Source: Clostridia bacterium
GTDB lineage: Bacteria > Bacillota > Clostridia > Oscillospirales > SIG627
DNA: 64,000 bases
Reading direction: 5' to 3'
NCBI GenBank assembly: GCA_017440805.1
Contig: JAFSGN010000022.1
Span: 60,225-124,224 of the forward strand
A model generated the notes under the pieces. That model was not told the DNA's origin. It was given only the letters and a program-made list of their open reading frames with translations, and did not search any database. This document shows, one piece after another, positions 59,338-64,000 of this stretch (within the stretch, counting starts at the first letter, position 1; each line of letters begins with the position of its first letter). A program made the translations under genes and the position numbers.

Positions 59338-61059
59338 CTAAATCTTATGTCTTTTTATTTTTTTTGAAGTTGTCTTTTCAAATTCAGTTTTTCTTATTTC
59401 TATATTCCTTACCTGCTTGAATGTAGGTAAGGTTTTATTGTTTTGTTGTACACGATTTTTTATTTCTTCGCTTATTTTCACAATATCTTCAAGACCTATT
59501 TCCCGGGCTCTGTCAAAGTTTGGATAAATAATTGCAGTAAGTACCACCTCACCGTCATCTCCGTCGCGGGAAACAACAGCAACCTCACCAACAAGGTCGA
59601 TTTTTTCCAGATACTCTTCTATTTCTTCCGGGAAAACATTTTTCCCGTTATTAAGCACTATAACATTTTTCTTTCTTCCCGTTATATAGATATAACCATC
59701 CTGGTCAATGTATCCCAAATCTCCCGTTTTAAACCAACGGTCCTCACTAAGCACTGCCTTGGTTGCCTCGGTGTCATTGTAGTAACCAAGCATTACATTG
59801 TCTCCCCTGACCACAATTTCGCCGTTTCCGTTTTCATCAACATCCTCAATGCGTACTTCAAGACCCGGCACGGGATACCCCACAGAACCATATTTTTCAC
59901 ACTTATAGGGATTAACCGAAATCAACGGAGAGCATTCGGTTATTCCGTAGCCTTGTGAAAGCGAAATCCCGAAATCATTGAATCCTTTTACAAGTTCTGC
60001 AGAAAGCGGGGCACCACCACAAATTATTCTTTCCAGATTTCCGCCAAAAGCATTTTTTATTTCGGAAAAAAGATACTTTTTGGCATCAATCTTAACCTTT
60101 GAAAGAACCCCCTGAAGTGACAGGGCAAAATTAAGTTTTCCAACAGATTTCTTTTTTGATGCACTGTCCCATATCTTTTTATACATCGTCTTTACAAAAA
60201 CAGGCACAAGAATCATTGCGGTCGGTTTAAACAACTGAATATTTCTGAGTACATATTTTAAACTGTCATTTATGCAAACAGTTGCACCGTAAAGCATTGC
60301 AGTCAAAATACCGCAAGTCATCTCGTAGGTATGATGAAGCGGAAGAACAGAAAGCAACACATCATCATCATAAAATTCTGTGGTGTCATAAGAATTATTA
60401 ACCGCTGTTGCAACATTTTTTACAGATAACATAACACCCTTGCTTGTTCCTGTCGTACCGGATGTAAACAAAATAACAGACATCTTTTCACGGTCTATCT
60501 CGTGTGCCAGAAACTCATCATATCCTTCCGACAGAAGCTTCTCTCCCCTTTCAATCAACAGGGAAAACTCAATTCTCTTATCTGCTTCCAGTGCACGAAA
60601 ATCATCGGGAGAATATTTGGATTCATTTGTAACAATGGGAATAAGGTAGGAAATACCATCAAGAGAATGGAACAAATCCGCAAACATTTCGTCATAAGAT
60701 TGTGTGTATACCACTGCTTTTATGTTTGCAAGTTTTATAAACTCCGCAAGTTCTTTCGGATTAAGTTCTTTGTCAAGGGGCACAATTACATTACCGCCGT
60801 TAACAGCAGCAAGATAAGTCATAACCCACTCGGGACAAGTTTCGCCGATAACACCTATAGCGCAATCTTTTAAACCTATATCATAAAACGCACTGCCCAA
60901 GCAATCGCACTGATGAGCAAAATCGGAGTACGAAATTGACTGGATGTTACCATTTCTTTTATATTTAAATAATGTGTTTGAGCCACGGTTATCTGCAGAA
61001 TTCTTTACTAATTCGCGCAAATCACATATGTGCTGACGCTGAGGTTTAATCTTTTTCAT
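59338..61059 (-). CDS. AMP-dependent acyl-CoA/acyl-ACP synthetase (long-chain fatty acid ligase-like)
   Basis: AMP-binding motif FTSGTTGTSKGVMLS, plus GYGITE and TGDLGYIDQDGYIYITGRKK. 573 aa. Confidence 0.88.
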   Translation of the reverse strand: MKKIKPQRQHICDLRELVKNSADNRGSNTLFKYKRNGNIQSISYSDFAHQCDCLGSAFYDIGLKDCAIGVIGETCPEWVMTYLAAVNGGNVIVPLDKELNPKELAEFIKLANIKAVVYTQSYDEMFADLFHSLDGISYLIPIVTNESKYSPDDFRALEADKRIEFSLLIERGEKLLSEGYDEFLAHEIDREKMSVILFTSGTTGTSKGVMLSVKNVATAVNNSYDTTEFYDDDVLLSVLPLHHTYEMTCGILTAMLYGATVCINDSLKYVLRNIQLFKPTAMILVPVFVKTMYKKIWDSASKKKSVGKLNFALSLQGVLSKVKIDAKKYLFSEIKNAFGGNLERIICGGAPLSAELVKGFNDFGISLSQGYGITECSPLISVNPYKCEKYGSVGYPVPGLEVRIEDVDENGNGEIVVRGDNVMLGYYNDTEATKAVLSEDRWFKTGDLGYIDQDGYIYITGRKKNVIVLNNGKNVFPEEIEEYLEKIDLVGEVAVVSRDGDDGEVVLTAIIYPNFDRAREIGLEDIVKISEEIKNRVQQNNKTLPTFKQVRNIEIRKTEFEKTTSKKIKRHKI

Positions 61060-61237
61060 AAAATTAATCCTTTAAAAATTTTATTTATAATATTATACAT
61101 AAAATTATTGTATTTATCAAGATATATTCTTAAATATTTTGTTACGACAATTTAAAGTAACAATTTGTTTTTAAAAAAAATAAATTCATGTAGTATACTT
61201 TTTATGTAATATAAGAAACTTTACAGGGAGGAAAATT

Positions 61238-64000
61238 TTGAAAAGAATCATATCATTTATTCTGTTTGTAACGCTTATTTTGAATTTAACCATAAACTAC
61301 ACTTACGCGTTTTCATTTGACGACGAAAGTGATGGTCTCGGATATATCACCTCGCTTGACCAGGAAGTTCTTTCTTTCGGATTGGTTTATTCCGAACTTT
61401 CCTCAAAAAAGGACAAAAATCAAAAAACATATATTTTTGAATATTCTCCAAACAATTATACGCAACCGCAGGTTTTTTATGCTGCAGGAGACACAACAAA
61501 AATGAGGCTGAAGGATATAACCGCATCCTACGAGGATAACGGTGTGCGGGTTGTCGGTGCAATGAATGGAGATTTTTTCAGTTTTGAAACCGGAATTCCG
61601 ATGGGCGTAGTTATAAAAGATGGAATTTTAATCAGTTCCGATCCTTCTAAAAATGCAATTGGTTTTACAGACTCGGGAAATGCTGTTATAGGAACTCCCG
61701 ATATCCATTTTTCTCTTTCCTTGGTTTCTGACGATGATTTGTCGGACTCAAAATCAAAAAATATCAAAGTGCCTGAAAAAGAAGACCGCGAACCGTATAC
61801 AATTAAATTTGACTATCTTAACAAATACCCCTCTGTATACGCGTTATATATGATTAATGATTCCTATTCAAAGACAACAAGGAGTACATCCTCCGGAACA
61901 GAGGTTGTACTGAAACCCGTTTCGGGAATGCTAAAAGTCAATACAGAAATGATATTTGAAGTTACCGAAATAAGACAAAACATAATCAATGGTGACATTC
62001 CGGAAAACCATTTTGTTCTCTATGGGGATGACAGAAGTTTTGCATCTGAACTTAAAGACATGTGTGTCGGTGATATACTGTCGCTGAATATAAGCGGAAA
62101 TACAGATTGGGAAAACATCGTAACTGCCATGGGCGGCGGAGATATAATTTTAAAAAATGGCATTTTTGCAGAGGATTCTGTTGATGAATTACACGAAAAA
62201 ATTAAAAATCCCCGTACAGCAATAGGTATAAGGGAAAACGGAGAAATTGTTTTTTTTGCTAATGACGGACGGGACAGTAATAATGCAGCAGGATTTGACC
62301 TTTCTTCTCTTGCCCAGGTAATGAAGGATTTAGAATGTGTTACTGCAATTAATCTTGATGGCGGAGGCTCTACAACTGTTTATGCAACTACCCCATTTGA
62401 TGAAACCGCTAAACTTGTAAATAATCCCTCCGACGGCTCAGAACGATATATATCCAATGCTATACTCTTTTTAAACAATCTGCCACAAAGCCGGGACATC
62501 GGAGGGATAAAAATAACCGCCGATAGTGAATATGTCTTACCCGGAAGCACCATAGAATTAAACCCGATTTATCACGACAAAACCTACCACCCGTTTACTC
62601 CGGAAACAGACGCGGTATATAGTGAGCAAACATACACAAAAACTCCCAGAGGTAATTTTGAAAACAATATTTTTACCGCTTTGAAACCGGGGTATACCAT
62701 TCTTTCTGCGGTAAACAACGGAATAAAAGGTCTGCTTGATATAACTGTTCTTTCATCTCCAAGCGAAATATACTCATCCCAAAGTGAAATATGTATTGAA
62801 ATAGGAGACAAAATACAACTTGATTTCAGTGCTTCATATTATGGAACTCCCGTTATATTCAATAATTTTGATGTTTTGACATATAAAATTACAGACACTG
62901 AATATGAAGACCCGGAGCCAAACTATAAAGATTTGTCATCGGTAGGTTTCGTACAAAATAATTTTATGAATGCAACAAATTATTTTGAAGGCTTTCTTGA
63001 AGCATCCATGGGAGAGACTTCATTAAAAATACCTCTTAAAATAATTCCAAAAAGTTATTATTTAAATATTCCCACCTCCGACCTGTCGCTTGTTCAGGAA
63101 AGTTTATTTGAACTTACAAACATGGAAACCCTTTCATACATGGGCAACGAATATATCACAATTTCCCGTAACGAGCATACTGAATCGGACAAAATTGAAT
63201 CGGAAATTAATATTGATGATTCATCTGTGGAAGAGGATTTTTGTACTTTAGATTACAGTTTCGAACTTCCCGAAAACGCAAAAGCAATTGAATTTATAGC
63301 CAAAGGCGATGTTGACAGTGTGCTTGTTGTTACCGATAATAACAACAACGAAGTTACATTGCCGTATTCAGTAACAAAAGATTACAGTGTTTTTAACGGC
63401 TGGAAAATTTATTCTGCGGATTTGTCAACTCTTACAACAAATGATGAAACAACCTATAAAATTAAAAGTATTTTGCACTTATCATCTTCTTTTCTTCCGG
63501 CGACAATAGGCGGATTCAAAGTAATAACCGGTGAGCAAAAGTTATTCACGGATATTGAGAACTCATGGGCAAAACAACACATTGAAGATGTTTACTATCA
63601 GGAACTTATGAACGGAAAACCCTACTACACTTCAACTTATTTTGACGGTGATGCAATACTCACAAGAGCGGAATTTGCCACAATATTGTGCAGACTTTTA
63701 AAAATTAATCTTGACGAGTACAAGGATTTAAAACCTGATTTTGCAGATATTGAAAAAATTGGCGATTGGGCATGGAGACAAATTTATGCCGTCAGTTCTT
63801 TGGGAATAATGAACGGAAGTCTGGAAAACGACGGAAAATATTATTTCAGACCGCAAGACAGTATTACACGAGCAGAAGCAATGCATGTCATCGGAAAACT
63901 TATTTTACCTGCAGAACAATCTGTAACACTTTCTTTTAAAGATTCAGACTCCCTCCCCTCCTGGTCGGTTGAAAATATTACCAAAGTTGTTTCGCATAAA
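61238..64000 (+). CDS. Secreted phosphodiester glycosidase (NAGPA/DUF2233-like) with Ig-like middle region and C-terminal SLH domains; 3' end outside window
   Basis: Absent from the ORF track because no stop occurs in the window. TTG start at 61238 has GGGAGG 6 nt upstream. Own translation: (M)KRIISFILFVTLILNLTINYTYAFS signal peptide, then MNGDFFSFETGIPMGVVIKDG, MGGGDIILKNG, PRTAIGIRENGEIVFFANDGR and AINLDGGGSTT. SLH repeats start near 63545 (FTDIENSWAKQHIEDV..., FADIEKIGDWAWRQIYAV..., FKDSDSLPSWSVENI...). The frame stays open for 921 codons to the window end. Confidence 0.8.
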   Translation, partial: MKRIISFILFVTLILNLTINYTYAFSFDDESDGLGYITSLDQEVLSFGLVYSELSSKKDKNQKTYIFEYSPNNYTQPQVFYAAGDTTKMRLKDITASYEDNGVRVVGAMNGDFFSFETGIPMGVVIKDGILISSDPSKNAIGFTDSGNAVIGTPDIHFSLSLVSDDDLSDSKSKNIKVPEKEDREPYTIKFDYLNKYPSVYALYMINDSYSKTTRSTSSGTEVVLKPVSGMLKVNTEMIFEVTEIRQNIINGDIPENHFVLYGDDRSFASELKDMCVGDILSLNISGNTDWENIVTAMGGGDIILKNGIFAEDSVDELHEKIKNPRTAIGIRENGEIVFFANDGRDSNNAAGFDLSSLAQVMKDLECVTAINLDGGGSTTVYATTPFDETAKLVNNPSDGSERYISNAILFLNNLPQSRDIGGIKITADSEYVLPGSTIELNPIYHDKTYHPFTPETDAVYSEQTYTKTPRGNFENNIFTALKPGYTILSAVNNGIKGLLDITVLSSPSEIYSSQSEICIEIGDKIQLDFSASYYGTPVIFNNFDVLTYKITDTEYEDPEPNYKDLSSVGFVQNNFMNATNYFEGFLEASMGETSLKIPLKIIPKSYYLNIPTSDLSLVQESLFELTNMETLSYMGNEYITISRNEHTESDKIESEINIDDSSVEEDFCTLDYSFELPENAKAIEFIAKGDVDSVLVVTDNNNNEVTLPYSVTKDYSVFNGWKIYSADLSTLTTNDETTYKIKSILHLSSSFLPATIGGFKVITGEQKLFTDIENSWAKQHIEDVYYQELMNGKPYYTSTYFDGDAILTRAEFATILCRLLKINLDEYKDLKPDFADIEKIGDWAWRQIYAVSSLGIMNGSLENDGKYYFRPQDSITRAEAMHVIGKLILPAEQSVTLSFKDSDSLPSWSVENITKVVSHK

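Noticed and set aside
1-64000. Mobile elements, prophage, defence islands, CRISPR arrays, and tRNA, rRNA or other known structured ncRNA genes
   Set aside because: No integrase, transposase, recombinase, RT, Cas or restriction-modification signatures appear in any frame. No spaced direct-repeat arrays were seen. The intergenic gaps are short and are accounted for by promoters and terminators. A covariance-model scan would still be needed to exclude small ncRNAs formally.

Overview
AT-rich (roughly one-third GC by eye, not computed), densely coding chromosomal segment with about 55 protein genes. I found no rRNA, tRNA, CRISPR array, integrase, transposase, reverse transcriptase or restriction/defence gene. 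The content is mostly housekeeping, and the gene order is typical of low-GC Gram-positive bacteria (Bacillota, Clostridia-like; this assignment is an inference). Conserved blocks are yybS-gdpP-rplI-dnaB-tilS-hpt-ftsH, yhbY-nadD-yqeK-(LCP)-rsfS-hflX-yigZ, dprA-topA-trmFO-plsX-rnc-(radical SAM)-smc-ftsY-rdgB, infC-rpmI-rplT and metNIQ. The window also holds pcrA, a ParE/ParC-like type IIA topoisomerase pair and topB. Two edge-truncated genes missing from the ORF track were recovered by hand: a carboxyltransferase at 1-422 (-) and an SLH-anchored phosphodiester glycosidase at 61238-64000 (+, TTG start). Several track ORFs carry false N-terminal extensions, because the track accepts TTG starts; I re-set those starts. 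Near-consensus sigma-A-type promoters and intrinsic terminators are readable in most intergenic gaps. I do not see convincing evidence for a wholly new system. The best candidate is the translationally coupled MacB-type ABC transporter with an embedded ~914-aa CARDB-repeat membrane-anchored protein (587-5850). Smaller oddities: (1) a desulfoferrodoxin with two active-site substitutions whose Shine-Dalgarno sits in a 17-bp hairpin; (2) an LCP enzyme with a ~220-aa acidic repeat tail inserted into the yqe operon; (3) infC with an inferred AUC start behind an L20-leader-like attenuator; (4) loss of fabD-fabG-acpP from the plsX/rnc slot, together with an orphan acyl-AMP ligase + ACP pair; (5) a very AT-rich orphan small gene upstream of topB.
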